This document shows positions 19,890-28,877 of a DNA stretch of 64,000 bases, one piece after another. The notes below the pieces were generated by a model. The model was not told the origin of the DNA, searched no databases, and was given only the letters and a program-made list of their open reading frames with translations. Numbering within the stretch: the first letter of the stretch is position 1; every line of letters begins with the position of its first letter. The DNA is from Deltaproteobacteria bacterium (GTDB lineage Bacteria > Myxococcota > SpSt-1050 > JACRCP01): assembly GCA_016218965.1 (NCBI GenBank), contig JACRCP010000150.1, positions 12,316 through 76,315 on the forward strand. The letters run 5' to 3'. The position numbers and the translations under genes were made by a program.

Positions 19890-19918
19890 GTTATTTTGGG
19901 GCTTGTTATTTTGGGGCT
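19890..19918. repeat. Tandem 14-mer (GTTATTTTGGGGCT x2) in the low-GC leader upstream of gcvPB.
   Basis: Read directly at 19890-19903 and 19905-19918. The surrounding 150 nt are unusually AT-rich for this window. Confidence 0.6.
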
Positions 19919-20022
19919 CCAAATCCCCCGGTGACCCTGATTGCGCTTTACTTGGCCGCGAGGCGCGTGCTAGAAAACGGCCGTTCCGGCGGGAACGGGA
20001 AAAGCAACAGAGGTGGAAGGTC

Positions 20023-21504
20023 ATGGGTCAAGGCACGGACAGGCGGGTCGGCATCGGGCGCGAGGAGCCCCTTCTGCTCGAGCGTTCAAAGAAAGGCCGC
20101 AAGGGGTATTCGGTGGCGGGCGCCGACTCGGTGTCGGACCGCGACATCAGGATTCCGGCCGGGCTTCTGCGCGACGCAGTCCCGGGGATCCCCGAGGCCG
20201 ACGAGGTCACCGTCGTCCGCCACTTCACGCGCCTTTCGCAGTGGAACTACGGCGTGGACACGGGCATGTATCCGCTGGGCTCGTGCACCATGAAGTACAA
20301 TCCCAAGGTAAACGAGGCCGCCGCCCGCCACCCCATCATGGACTCGCTCCACCCGTACACGCCCGAATCCATGGCGCAGGGCGCGCTGGCGCTTGTCTGG
20401 CGCCTTGAGCGGGCGCTCGCCGAGCTTTCGGGGTTCGAACGGGTCACGCTCCAACCCGCCGCCGGGGCGCACGGCGAGCTCTGCGGAATCATGATGGTCC
20501 GGGCGCATTTTTCGGCGCGAGGCGAGCGGCGGCGCAAGGTGCTGATCCCCGACACCGCGCACGGCACCAACCCCGCCTCGAGCGCGCTCGTCGGCTGCGA
20601 GGTGGTGCAGGTCAAATCGGGAAGCGCCGGAATAGTCGAGGCCGGGACGCTTGAGCAGGCCGTGGACGGCGACACCGCGGCGTTCATGATGACCAACCCC
20701 AACACCCTGGGTCTGTTCGAGAGCGAGATGCCAAAAATAGCCGGGCTCCTGCACGACAAGGGCGCCCTGCTCTACTGCGACGGCGCCAACTTCAACTCGC
20801 TCATGGGCATCGCGCGGCCCGGCGACATGGGCGTGGACGTCATGCAGTTCAACCTCCACAAGACGTTCTCGACCCCGCACGGCGGCGGCGGTCCAGGCGC
20901 GGGACCGGTGGGGGTGTCAAAGACGCTCGAGCCGTACCTCCCCGTCCCCGTCATCGAGAAGGTGGGGGACACCTTCAGGGCGTCAACCTCAAGACCGCTC
21001 TCGATAGGCCGGATGAAGGCATTCTACGGCAACTTCGGCGTACTCTTGCGGGCGTTCACGTACATCGCCGAGCTGGGCGCCCCGGGACTCAAAAAGGCGA
21101 CGGGGTGCGCGGTGCTCAACGCGAACTACGTCCTTGAGCGCCTCCGCGGCGACTACCACGTGCCGTACGCCGGGCGCTGCATGCACGAGTGCGTGCTCAC
21201 CGACAAAAACCAGTCCGTGTTCGGCGTGACGACGCTCGACATCGCAAAGCGGCTCATGGACCACGGGTTCCACCCGCCGACCATATACTTCCCGCTCGTC
21301 GTCCACGGGGCGCTGATGATCGAGCCGACCGAGTCCGAGAGCCTGGAGAGCTTGGACGAGTTCGTGGAGGCGATGAAGGCAATCGCGGCCGAGACGCGTT
21401 CGGACCCGGGAGCCGTCAAGGCCGCGCCCACGCTCACGCCCGTTGCGCGCATGGACGAGATAGGGGCCGCCAGGAATCCCTGTCTCGTCTCCACGGTGAA
21501 GTGA
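20023..21504 (+). CDS. gcvPB: Glycine dehydrogenase (decarboxylating) subunit 2 (glycine cleavage P-protein, C-terminal subunit).
   Basis: 'ERSKKGRKGY', 'GSCTMKYNPK' and 'NLHKTFSTPHGGGGPG' (the PLP Lys region) are typical of GcvPB. ATG at 20023 follows an AGGTGGAAGG RBS. 493 aa. No gcvPA is adjacent. Confidence 0.8.
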   Translation: MGQGTDRRVGIGREEPLLLERSKKGRKGYSVAGADSVSDRDIRIPAGLLRDAVPGIPEADEVTVVRHFTRLSQWNYGVDTGMYPLGSCTMKYNPKVNEAAARHPIMDSLHPYTPESMAQGALALVWRLERALAELSGFERVTLQPAAGAHGELCGIMMVRAHFSARGERRRKVLIPDTAHGTNPASSALVGCEVVQVKSGSAGIVEAGTLEQAVDGDTAAFMMTNPNTLGLFESEMPKIAGLLHDKGALLYCDGANFNSLMGIARPGDMGVDVMQFNLHKTFSTPHGGGGPGAGPVGVSKTLEPYLPVPVIEKVGDTFRASTSRPLSIGRMKAFYGNFGVLLRAFTYIAELGAPGLKKATGCAVLNANYVLERLRGDYHVPYAGRCMHECVLTDKNQSVFGVTTLDIAKRLMDHGFHPPTIYFPLVVHGALMIEPTESESLESLDEFVEAMKAIAAETRSDPGAVKAAPTLTPVARMDEIGAARNPCLVSTVK

Positions 21505-21597
21505 AACCTTGGAGTGCGGTGGCTTGACACCGCCTTGATTTCGCGGCGGCTCGACGCCGCGGGGCAGTCCGAACCGGGTCAACCGAGGGAGAACGAC

Positions 21598-22239
21598 ATG
21601 TACCGCTGCATTCTGGCCGCAATCTCGATCGCCCTTGCCTTCTCGATCGCCGCCTGCGCCGCCGCGCCTGTTCCGCCGGCGCCGCCCGATGTGCCTTCGG
21701 CCGGGGCGCCCCTGGCGCCGCCGCCGCCGCCGGGAAAACCGATGGCGACGATCGTGACGACGTTGGGCGAGATCACCTGCGAGCTTTTCCCCGAGCAGGC
21801 GCCCAAGACCGTGTTGAACTTCGTGGGACTCGCCGAAGGCACGCGCGAATGGACCGACCCCGCCTCGGGCCAGAAGGTCAAGCGCCCGCTCTATTCCGGC
21901 ACCATCTTTCACCGCGTGATCCCCGACTTCATGATCCAGGGCGGCGACCCCGCCGGCGACGGAACCGGGGGTCCGGGCTACAGGTTCGAGGACGAGTGCA
22001 CGGCGGACCTCAAGTTTGACGTTCCGGGCCGCCTCGCCATGGCGAACGCCGGCCCCGGCACCAACGGGTCGCAGTTCTTCATCACCGAGTCCCCGGTCGA
22101 GCCGCTCAACATGAAGCACACCATCTTCGGCCAGTGCCGGAGCGCAGACGTTGTGCGCGCCATCGCCCGCGTCCCGCGCGACAACCGCGACCGCCCCTGG
22201 ACCAAGGTGGTCATCAGGGAAATCAGGATCACGAAGTAG
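21598..22239 (+). CDS. ppiB: Cyclophilin-type peptidyl-prolyl cis-trans isomerase, lipoprotein.
   Basis: 'GTIFHRVIPDFMIQGGDP' and 'GTGGPGYRFEDE' cyclophilin motifs, plus a lipobox signal peptide (SIAACAA). ATG at 21598. Confidence 0.8.
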   Translation: MYRCILAAISIALAFSIAACAAAPVPPAPPDVPSAGAPLAPPPPPGKPMATIVTTLGEITCELFPEQAPKTVLNFVGLAEGTREWTDPASGQKVKRPLYSGTIFHRVIPDFMIQGGDPAGDGTGGPGYRFEDECTADLKFDVPGRLAMANAGPGTNGSQFFITESPVEPLNMKHTIFGQCRSADVVRAIARVPRDNRDRPWTKVVIREIRITK

Positions 22240-22275
22240 CGAGGCCGGGGCTGCGGCGCGGCAAGGTTTGAGTTT

Positions 22276-23181
22276 CTACTTCCCCCCCGGGGCCTGGGAG
22301 AAGTGCGGGCGTTCGAGGGGGCCGGTGATCTGGTACGAGTAGAAGCCTTCCTTGTCCTTGGACGACTGGATGGCGAACAGGAGCGGCTGGAGCTTCTGGT
22401 TCTTCTGGACGAACTCGTCCGAGGGTTTGAACTTGAGCTTGATGTTGAGGCCCGTCGCCGTGATCTTGGCCGAGAGGTTCGACGTCCCCTCGCCCTTGAC
22501 TTCGATGTCCTTCCCCTTCCCCTTGAACTCCTTGACCTCCGCCTTCCCGTCCTTGATCTCGAACCTCGCCTGGACCTTGCCGAAGTTCATCTTGGGCAGA
22601 TCAAACCCCATGAACTTCCCCTCCGTGAGCACGAGGTCGGAGAGGGCGATCTTTACGGACCCGTCGTCCTTCTTGGCGTCCTTGGTGTCGTAGGTCAGGT
22701 CGATCTCTCCCGAGACCCTCCCAATGAATTTTACGCCCATGGACTCCCAGAGCATCCCGAGCCGGGCGAGGTTGATGGAGTCCACCGAAAGGTCCAGGTC
22801 CTGCCGCGTCTCCTTGGCGCCTATCGTGCCCGAGACCGACCCGTCAAACCCCTTGACCGCAAACTTGACCCCCTTGCGCCCGGTGAGCATGCCGAGGATC
22901 GGGAGCGTGATTCGGAGCTCTTCAACTTTGAGTTTGGCCGCCTTGGGGTCGGCGCCCACGGCCGAGATGGCGACGTCTTTGAACGTGAGCCCGCCCAGCA
23001 GGCCCGCCCCGGTCTGCCCCGCCTCTATCCGGTACCCCGCGCTCCCCTCCAGCTCCTTCTGAACAAGCCCTTTGATCTGGTCCATCGGGAGCGCCATCGG
23101 AAAGAACACCGCGACGCAAACGATGAAGAAGATCGGGTACCCGATGGCCTTGAGCAGCAGTATCTTCCTATCCTTTTCCAT
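22276..23181 (-). CDS. gspN: Type II secretion system protein N (GspN-like).
   Basis: It is the last gene of the gsp operon. It has an N-terminal TM segment (ILLLKAIGYPIFFIVCVAVFF) and a periplasmic beta-rich domain. The ATG at 23181 overlaps the gspM stop. Confidence 0.5.
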   Translation of the reverse strand: MEKDRKILLLKAIGYPIFFIVCVAVFFPMALPMDQIKGLVQKELEGSAGYRIEAGQTGAGLLGGLTFKDVAISAVGADPKAAKLKVEELRITLPILGMLTGRKGVKFAVKGFDGSVSGTIGAKETRQDLDLSVDSINLARLGMLWESMGVKFIGRVSGEIDLTYDTKDAKKDDGSVKIALSDLVLTEGKFMGFDLPKMNFGKVQARFEIKDGKAEVKEFKGKGKDIEVKGEGTSNLSAKITATGLNIKLKFKPSDEFVQKNQKLQPLLFAIQSSKDKEGFYSYQITGPLERPHFSQAPGGK

Positions 23182-23742
23182 TCAGCCCGCCGCTTTGTAG
23201 GTTGAGATGGTGACGTTGGCATCTATGAGCTTCTGCTTGTCCTTGTCAAAACGCGCTCGAAACCGGAACTTTGTGATCTTGACGAGCTCGGCGCCGTGCT
23301 CGAGCTTGTCGAGGAAGTCGAGCAGCCTGTCCTGGGTGATCTTGTTGATGTTCACTTCGACGGATACTTCCTTGACCTTCGCGTCCTTCTCGGCGGCGGC
23401 CGTCCGCTCGTTCATGTCCGACACCTCGACATCCATCCGCCGCGCAAGGTCCTCGATGTGCGAAAACAGGTTGACGTTGTTGTTTTTCAACCGGTTCGCA
23501 ACGACATCCGTGACCCTCTCGGCCTCCTTGTAGGCGCTCCTGAGCTGGATGATCTCGTTGAGCTTCGCCTCCTTCTCGGCGATGCGCGCCTCGGCGTCCG
23601 ACAGTCTGGCCGAAACCAGATAGATGGTGGCGACAAAGACGAGCGCCACGACCGCCCCGCCCATGGCAAGCACGATCTTCTTTTCGCGCGGCGAGATGTT
23701 CTCCCACCACGTCCGCACCCTGTCGCGTATCTTCCTGAACAT
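23182..23742 (-). CDS. gspM: Type II secretion system protein M (GspM-like).
   Basis: It has a cytoplasmic N-terminus, one TM segment (IVLAMGGAVVALVFVATIYLV) and a periplasmic coiled coil. The ATG at 23742 follows a GGGAGG RBS. The ORF track's start at 23790 is upstream of this RBS. Confidence 0.55.
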   Translation of the reverse strand: MFRKIRDRVRTWWENISPREKKIVLAMGGAVVALVFVATIYLVSARLSDAEARIAEKEAKLNEIIQLRSAYKEAERVTDVVANRLKNNNVNLFSHIEDLARRMDVEVSDMNERTAAAEKDAKVKEVSVEVNINKITQDRLLDFLDKLEHGAELVKITKFRFRARFDKDKQKLIDANVTISTYKAAG

Positions 23743-23818
23743 CCGCGTCCTCCCGCGTTCCGCGCCCCCAGGGCAGCCGCTGCGCGCCAACCCTGGGCTT
23801 CAAATCCGCGACCCCATC

Positions 23819-23833
23819 GGGGTCGGGGCCTCA
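23819..23833 (-). other. Perfect stem-loop (GACCCC-ATC-GGGGTC) in the gspL-gspM intercistronic region.
   Basis: Read directly. It lies immediately 3' of the heptamer array and 5' of the gspM RBS. Confidence 0.5.
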
Positions 23834-23861
23834 CGCCTCATGCCTCATGCCTCATGCCTCG
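23828..23861 (-). repeat. Heptanucleotide tandem repeat (GAGGCAT/ATGAGGC family, about 5 units with 3 perfect), directly after the gspL stop.
   Basis: The plus strand reads gcctcac gcctcat gcctcat gcctcat gcctcg. Each unit carries a GAGG (Shine-Dalgarno-like) plus an ATG on the coding strand. Confidence 0.8.
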
Positions 23862-25334
23862 TCAACACTTCGGCGTCACGGTCAGGTCGAACTCGACCTT
23901 TGCGCCGTCCACCGACTTTTTCACCTTTCCCTTGTTGATCTCCTCGAAGCACTTGTTTGTCTTTAGCCCGTTGACGATCTTGTCCACGGCCTCGAAGCTC
24001 TCGGTGTCGCCCTCGATGCGAATCTTGTTGGACTGGATGCTGAACTCCCGCAGGTCGATCCGCAGGTCCTCGGGGAAACCGACGGACACCTCGCTGAAGT
24101 AGTCGAGCGCAGTCTTCTTTGGGACGGGGCTGGCCTGCGGGTTGATCTTCTGCTTGATGATTGACAGGGCGATCTTGTAGTCGTCGTACGGTTTCCCCAA
24201 GAGCGTCTTGGTCACGTCGCGCAGACGGTTGTCGAGCTTCTCCTCGTGCGAAGAAAGCCCGTGCGACCGCACCATCGCGCTCCCCAGCGCCAGCGCGACG
24301 ATGACCGCGGCCGCCGCGCCCATCTGAATGAGCTTTCCGCGCAGGAACTTGTACTCGCCCTTGAACGCGAACTCGTCCTTGCGCAGATCGATGACCTCTC
24401 GGCGGAGGCCCGAGGCCGACATCGCCGCCAGGGCGAACGCCAGCGCGAACCTCCCGCCGTCCTCGCGCGCCGCGCCGCGCGCCAGGTTTTCGCCCACGGT
24501 CTCGCAGCGGACCTGAAGGTTGCCTGCCACAAACGCGGGCAGTCCGGGCACCGACGCCCCTCCCCCGCAGATGAACACCGCCTGGACCTCCCGCCGCGTG
24601 CGCGCCGCGTACGAAACCGCCGAAAGCCTCAGGTGCTCGACGAGCACCAGCGCCGCGCTGCCGGCGGCCGCCTCGCGCGCCGTCTCGGCGGCGGCGTTCA
24701 CGGCGGCGTCAATGTCGCCTGTCCCGAACCTCACCGAGCGCGCGAACGGGACGTCGCGTTCGTCGACGACGCAGATGGAGGTGTGACGGGCGCCGACGTC
24801 GGCCACGATGTAAGGCCCGGCGCCGCAGCGCTCCGGGTCCATCATTCTGGCCGCAAACTTGAGGGCCAAGGCCGGGGGGACCAGGCATCGCGGGTCGATC
24901 TGCGCGGCGGCGCACAGCTCAAGCGCCGAGGCGATCTCGGTTTTGAGCGCGTGGACGGCGCCCACCTCGACGTCCTTCTCCCGCCGCTCGACTATCCGGT
25001 AGTCGTACACGACGGCGTCAAGCTCGTGCGGCATGTGCGCCTCGAGCTCGAACCCGACGGTGGCGGCCACCTTGCGCGGGTCGGTCATCGCAATGTCGAG
25101 CCGAGTCACCACCGCGGCGGACGGGTGCAGGGCGGCAAAGACCGAGTCGGCGCGAACCCTGCCCGCGAGGCGCGCCACCGCTGCGCGTGCCCGCTCGGCC
25201 CATTGGAGCTCGTCGCCCGGCTCGATTGTCTCGTCGATCCGTTCGACGACGGCGAAGCCCCGGGCGCCCCCGGTCACGACGACCGCCTTGACCGCCCCGG
25301 TTCCGATGTCCAGCCCGCAATGCCTCTGCGCCAT
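23862..25334 (-). CDS. gspL: Type II secretion system protein L (GspL-like), with a cytoplasmic actin-like domain, a TM segment and a periplasmic domain.
   Basis: 'MAQRHCGLDIGTGAVKAVVV' is an actin/FtsA-like fold start. A TM segment lies near residue 330. ATG at 25334. It sits between gspK and gspM. Confidence 0.65.
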   Translation of the reverse strand: MAQRHCGLDIGTGAVKAVVVTGGARGFAVVERIDETIEPGDELQWAERARAAVARLAGRVRADSVFAALHPSAAVVTRLDIAMTDPRKVAATVGFELEAHMPHELDAVVYDYRIVERREKDVEVGAVHALKTEIASALELCAAAQIDPRCLVPPALALKFAARMMDPERCGAGPYIVADVGARHTSICVVDERDVPFARSVRFGTGDIDAAVNAAAETAREAAAGSAALVLVEHLRLSAVSYAARTRREVQAVFICGGGASVPGLPAFVAGNLQVRCETVGENLARGAAREDGGRFALAFALAAMSASGLRREVIDLRKDEFAFKGEYKFLRGKLIQMGAAAAVIVALALGSAMVRSHGLSSHEEKLDNRLRDVTKTLLGKPYDDYKIALSIIKQKINPQASPVPKKTALDYFSEVSVGFPEDLRIDLREFSIQSNKIRIEGDTESFEAVDKIVNGLKTNKCFEEINKGKVKKSVDGAKVEFDLTVTPKC

Positions 25335-25336
25335 GG

Positions 25337-26656
25337 TCAGTCCTCGCGCCAGTAGAGGATGTCGCTCTTGCCGTCGCCGGTGAACACGACGGCCGTGATG
25401 TGCTTTACGACGCTGCCCACCCGGCCCATCGCGCGTATCGTGAAAAAGCTCGATATGTTGGTGATGGCGTCCTCCATCTTGCCCAGCCCCAGCAGGCTGT
25501 CGTTAAGCGTTATCCCCTCGCCGTTGAAGAACTCGCGGACGTCGGCAAGCGACGGCGTGTAAAAGAGGTTCTGCGACGCCTTGATGGCCTTGAACTCGCG
25601 GAACCGTTCGAGCACCAGGCGCCGCGCGTTTCCGCTCGTGTCGGTGCAGAACGGGTGGTTCTTGTCCTTGACGAAGCCGCAGACGAGCGCGGCGATCATC
25701 AGGTCGTCGGCCGAATTCAGGTTGAGCTTCTGCACCGGGTACACCGTGAGCCGATCGCCGAACTGGGCGAAGAACGAATCGCCCATGCCGCGGACCATGC
25801 GCAGCTCCTGTTTGGTGTCGAACGGCGCATTCTTGGTCGTGTACGGTTCGTCGAGCCGCGCATAGAAGGCATCCTCGGGCGGCCCGATGTCGGTGGCCGT
25901 GAGCAGATCAAACGACTTGTCGTCGCCGTCCATGAAGTCCTTGATCGCCGCGAGCAGCTCCTGACGGTTCGTGTACTGGCCGTCCATGTCCTTGTTCTCG
26001 AACATGTAGTTGTACCGTTGGGGCAGGACGAGCGTCATGAGCTCGGTCATGGCAAGGTTCCGCCAGCCCGAAAGGTTGTCGAAGTTCCGGATGCTGATCT
26101 TCCCCTCCTCGTCCTCGATGTCGGCCCTGAAATAGCCGTCGAAATCGCCGAATTCCGTGGTCGCCGACCCCTCGGTCTCGAAAGCCCGCGCCTCGTTGCC
26201 CGATGCCTTCGAGGCCGACGGCGGGGGTTTGACGGCCTCTTTCGGCGGAGGCGGAGGGACCCCCTCGCCGCCCGGCCCTCCGCCAGGGGGCGCGGTCGGG
26301 ATCCCGAGGGTGTCGAAGACCTGGCCCCTGGCGAACGACTTCGTGAAATCGCTCTCGATTGGAACTATCTTCCAGAGCTGAATCCCGCCGCCGAAGATGG
26401 GAAGCTTGATCTTGGCCATCGTCTGGTCGAGCTGGCGCTGGTAGTAGAGCACCAGCCGCCCGATGTTGACGGCCGACTTGGCCAAAAAATACGCCTTGAC
26501 CTCGTCGCGCGAGTTGGCCGCAAGATTCAGGTTGACCTTGGCGTTGAACGAAAAATCGATGGCGAGCACGGTGAGAATCACGACAATGGTCATCACGACA
26601 AGCAGGGCTACTCCCCGCTCCTTCCGCCTCTTGCCTTGTGCCGACTCATGCCTCAT
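25337..26656 (-). CDS. gspK: Type II secretion system minor pseudopilin K.
   Basis: 'RGVALLVVMTIVVILTVLA' is a GspK-type N-terminal helix. The ATG at 26656 lies inside a heptamer repeat, and the protein begins MRHE. Confidence 0.7.
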   Translation of the reverse strand: MRHESAQGKRRKERGVALLVVMTIVVILTVLAIDFSFNAKVNLNLAANSRDEVKAYFLAKSAVNIGRLVLYYQRQLDQTMAKIKLPIFGGGIQLWKIVPIESDFTKSFARGQVFDTLGIPTAPPGGGPGGEGVPPPPPKEAVKPPPSASKASGNEARAFETEGSATTEFGDFDGYFRADIEDEEGKISIRNFDNLSGWRNLAMTELMTLVLPQRYNYMFENKDMDGQYTNRQELLAAIKDFMDGDDKSFDLLTATDIGPPEDAFYARLDEPYTTKNAPFDTKQELRMVRGMGDSFFAQFGDRLTVYPVQKLNLNSADDLMIAALVCGFVKDKNHPFCTDTSGNARRLVLERFREFKAIKASQNLFYTPSLADVREFFNGEGITLNDSLLGLGKMEDAITNISSFFTIRAMGRVGSVVKHITAVVFTGDGKSDILYWRED

Positions 26657-26677
26657 GCCTCTTGCCTCATGCCTCTA
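26643..26677 (-). repeat. Heptanucleotide tandem repeat (about 5 units of AGGCATG/GAGGCAT, 2 perfect) spanning the gspJ stop and the gspK start.
   Basis: The plus strand reads gactcat gcctcat gcctctt gcctcat gcctcta. The gspK start codon is one of the repeat ATGs. Confidence 0.8.
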
Positions 26678-27352
26678 AAAGGCCAGCGGCTTGTCCATGA
26701 ACACGCGGGTCTTGGTCGTAAACGTCATCTCCTTGCCGGCCTCGTCGAGCACCGTGAGCGTGATCTTCACCAGCCTGGGCAGCCGATTGCCTTTTTCGAC
26801 GCCGGTCGTGTCCCACTCGTCTAGCCACTCGCGCTGCTGGTCGTCCCAGTACGTGAGATCGAGACCCACGACATCCTCGGCCAGCACGTCGGCCACGCCG
26901 CCCTTCTCGTCCTCGGGTTTGTCGTCCAGCGACGGCCGCATCGGCTTTTCGCGCCGCATGAGGTTGTATCTGCCCGAGTAGTCCTTGCTCGTCTCGCCGA
27001 AATACGTGACGTACGCAAGGTCCGACTCGTGCGAGTTCCGCGCCAGCCGCATGTGCGCCATGGACGAAAAGAGCAGGCGGTCGATGGGCGACTCGCTCTT
27101 GCCCTTGAAAAGCGTCTGCGTCCGTTTGTCCTGCGATACGTGCACGCTCAGATACGCCATTGAAATCTCGCGGGCCATCCGGCTCATCGACACGCGGGCG
27201 TTGGCGTAGCGGTTCTCGATTCGCTCGGCAAGCTCGCGCGCCTCGAGGCTGCGGGAGATCGACCCGTAGATGAGCATGGTGATGAGCGAAAGGATCCCCA
27301 TGGCCACCAGGACCTCTATCAACATCAAACCGCTCTCGGCGCGTTTTCTCAT
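26675..27352 (-). CDS. gspJ: Type II secretion system pseudopilin J.
   Basis: 'SGLMLIEVLVAMGILSLI' prepilin-type N-terminus. The ATG at 27352 overlaps the gspI stop (ATGA). The ORF track's longer version begins at 27775 in Arg-rich junk. Confidence 0.6.
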   Translation of the reverse strand: MRKRAESGLMLIEVLVAMGILSLITMLIYGSISRSLEARELAERIENRYANARVSMSRMAREISMAYLSVHVSQDKRTQTLFKGKSESPIDRLLFSSMAHMRLARNSHESDLAYVTYFGETSKDYSGRYNLMRREKPMRPSLDDKPEDEKGGVADVLAEDVVGLDLTYWDDQQREWLDEWDTTGVEKGNRLPRLVKITLTVLDEAGKEMTFTTKTRVFMDKPLAF

Positions 27353-28050
27353 CTTCCAAGCACCGGAGGAGGCAGGCCCTTGCCGAACGGCATCGGTCCG
27401 GGAAGCCCGCCGGGCATGCCGGGGATCGCGCCGGGCATGGCGCCGGGCTGGCCGCCTATGACCTGTGTCACGCCCACGCCGACCTCGGCCCCGGGGATGT
27501 TCACGATGTGCGTCGTGACCGAAAAGCTCTGCTCCTTTTTTCCCTCGGTCCACGTGATCGTGACGCGGACCTCCCTGATGGCCTTTTCGAGCTGGTCGAG
27601 CAGCATCGGGAGCCCCGACATGAGCATGTTCGCGTCGCCGCCCATTGGCGTGAGCCCCAGCGAGTCGACCTGCGAGCTGTCCCTGCCCTGGAGCTTGGCG
27701 AGCGAACCCCCGAGGTCTGCCCCGCCCGAAAGGTCGGGGGCCGGGAGCTTGATCTTCAGAATCTCGGACGCCCATTTGATTTCGGGGTAGTTCTCCTCCG
27801 AAAAATCCCCCTCCTCGCGCTCGTCAAAATCAGGAAAACCCTTCTCGCGCACGGACTCCTCGACGTCGATCATCTTGCTCCGCGCGAGCATCGCCGCGAC
27901 GGTGTACCCCTTTGTCCGGCTGGTCATGGCCATGGCGCCCACGTTCACCCCGACGATGGCGCTCATGCAGACCGCCAGGACCCCGATGGCCACCATGACC
28001 TCGAGCAGCGTGAACCCGCGTTCCCTCATGCCTTCCGCCTCGTGCCTCAT
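27349..28050 (-). CDS. gspI: Type II secretion system pseudopilin I, with a Gly/Pro-rich C-terminal tail.
   Basis: 'RGFTLLEVMVAIGVLAV' prepilin motif. Two in-frame ATGs at 28050 and 28029 both lie in the repeat (MRHEAEGMRERG). The ATG at 28050 overlaps the gspH stop. Confidence 0.6.
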   Translation of the reverse strand: MRHEAEGMRERGFTLLEVMVAIGVLAVCMSAIVGVNVGAMAMTSRTKGYTVAAMLARSKMIDVEESVREKGFPDFDEREEGDFSEENYPEIKWASEILKIKLPAPDLSGGADLGGSLAKLQGRDSSQVDSLGLTPMGGDANMLMSGLPMLLDQLEKAIREVRVTITWTEGKKEQSFSVTTHIVNIPGAEVGVGVTQVIGGQPGAMPGAIPGMPGGLPGPMPFGKGLPPPVLGR

Positions 28051-28056
28051 GCCTAC
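28023..28056 (-). repeat. Degenerate heptanucleotide repeat (GGCATGA family, about 5 units) at the gspH/gspI junction.
   Basis: The plus strand reads ccctcat gccttcc gcctcgt gcctcat gcctac. It encodes the MRHEAEGMRE N-terminus of GspI. Confidence 0.7.
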
Positions 28057-28877
28057 TTCTCCGGCGCCTCGACGTACTTCGGTTCTATCAGCACCCTGCC
28101 CGTGAGCGGGCTCACGATTAGCGTGTAGCTGTTGGCCTTCTCGTCGGCGAGGTGAATGTACGCCTTCTCGGTATACCCGCCGGGAAAGAAATACAGGTGG
28201 CCGAACCCCTTCGTATACCGGTCGCGCTGGTGCGACGTCCACACGCCGTCAAAACGTATTTCCTCGGGGAGCTTGGCGTTCCGGATGAGCGTGGTTTTGA
28301 TCTCCCTGAACGCGGCCTTGAGCTTTTCGCGTTCCTGCATCTCCTCTTCGTCCGAGCTCAGGCGGGTCTTGTCGGCCTCGTCGTCCTCGTGCTCGGCGCG
28401 CTCGCCCTCGCCCGTGGCGGTCTCGAGCGTCCGCGCAAGGTAGAACGGCTTGTCGGCGCACTCGGCCTTGTACCCCTGGCCCTGGAGTTCGAACTGCATG
28501 CGGCAGTAGGCGCCCGTCATCCCCGAGAGGTTGAACATGTACCGGATCGCGCCGGCCACCGTCCCGGCCGACGCCTTCAGGTGCGCCGAGGTCACGCTGG
28601 ATGCCATCGGGATGGCTATTCCCATGAACAGCGACACCATCGCGAGCACGACGATGATCTCGATGAGCGTGATGCCCGCGGCAGAGACCGAAGACCGACC
28701 TGGCTTCGAAGAGATCTGCCAGCCGCTCCCCGGTGCGCCCTGGAGCCGCGTCTCGGCAACACCCGTCGCCATCGGCGCTGAAGCGTTCGGCGGAGCCTTT
28801 CCGAGACACGGTGGAAGGGTGCGCCGGGGGGCGGCGTCCCCAAACGTGCCAAAAACCCGACACCGCATGTGGTTCAT
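28053..28877 (-). CDS. gspH: Type II secretion system pseudopilin H (start uncertain).
   Basis: 'AAGITLIEIIVVLAMVSL' prepilin motif. The ATG at 28877 overlaps the gspG stop (ATGA). An alternative ATG is at 28772. Either gives an unusually long leader. The ORF track's start at 29156 lies inside gspG. Confidence 0.55.
   Translation of the reverse strand: MNHMRCRVFGTFGDAAPRRTLPPCLGKAPPNASAPMATGVAETRLQGAPGSGWQISSKPGRSSVSAAGITLIEIIVVLAMVSLFMGIAIPMASSVTSAHLKASAGTVAGAIRYMFNLSGMTGAYCRMQFELQGQGYKAECADKPFYLARTLETATGEGERAEHEDDEADKTRLSSDEEEMQEREKLKAAFREIKTTLIRNAKLPEEIRFDGVWTSHQRDRYTKGFGHLYFFPGGYTEKAYIHLADEKANSYTLIVSPLTGRVLIEPKYVEAPEK

Noticed and set aside
19867-20022. Possible glycine riboswitch upstream of gcvPB.
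   Set aside because: The conserved GGAGAG / ACCGAAGG..CAA / CUCAGGC elements are not present. It is kept only as an unusual AT-rich leader with a tandem 14-mer.
23487-23834. 115-aa ORF starting on a repeat ATG in the gspL-gspM spacer.
   Set aside because: It is out of frame with gspM, has an R/G/A-rich product and no RBS of its own. The real gspM start is at 23742.
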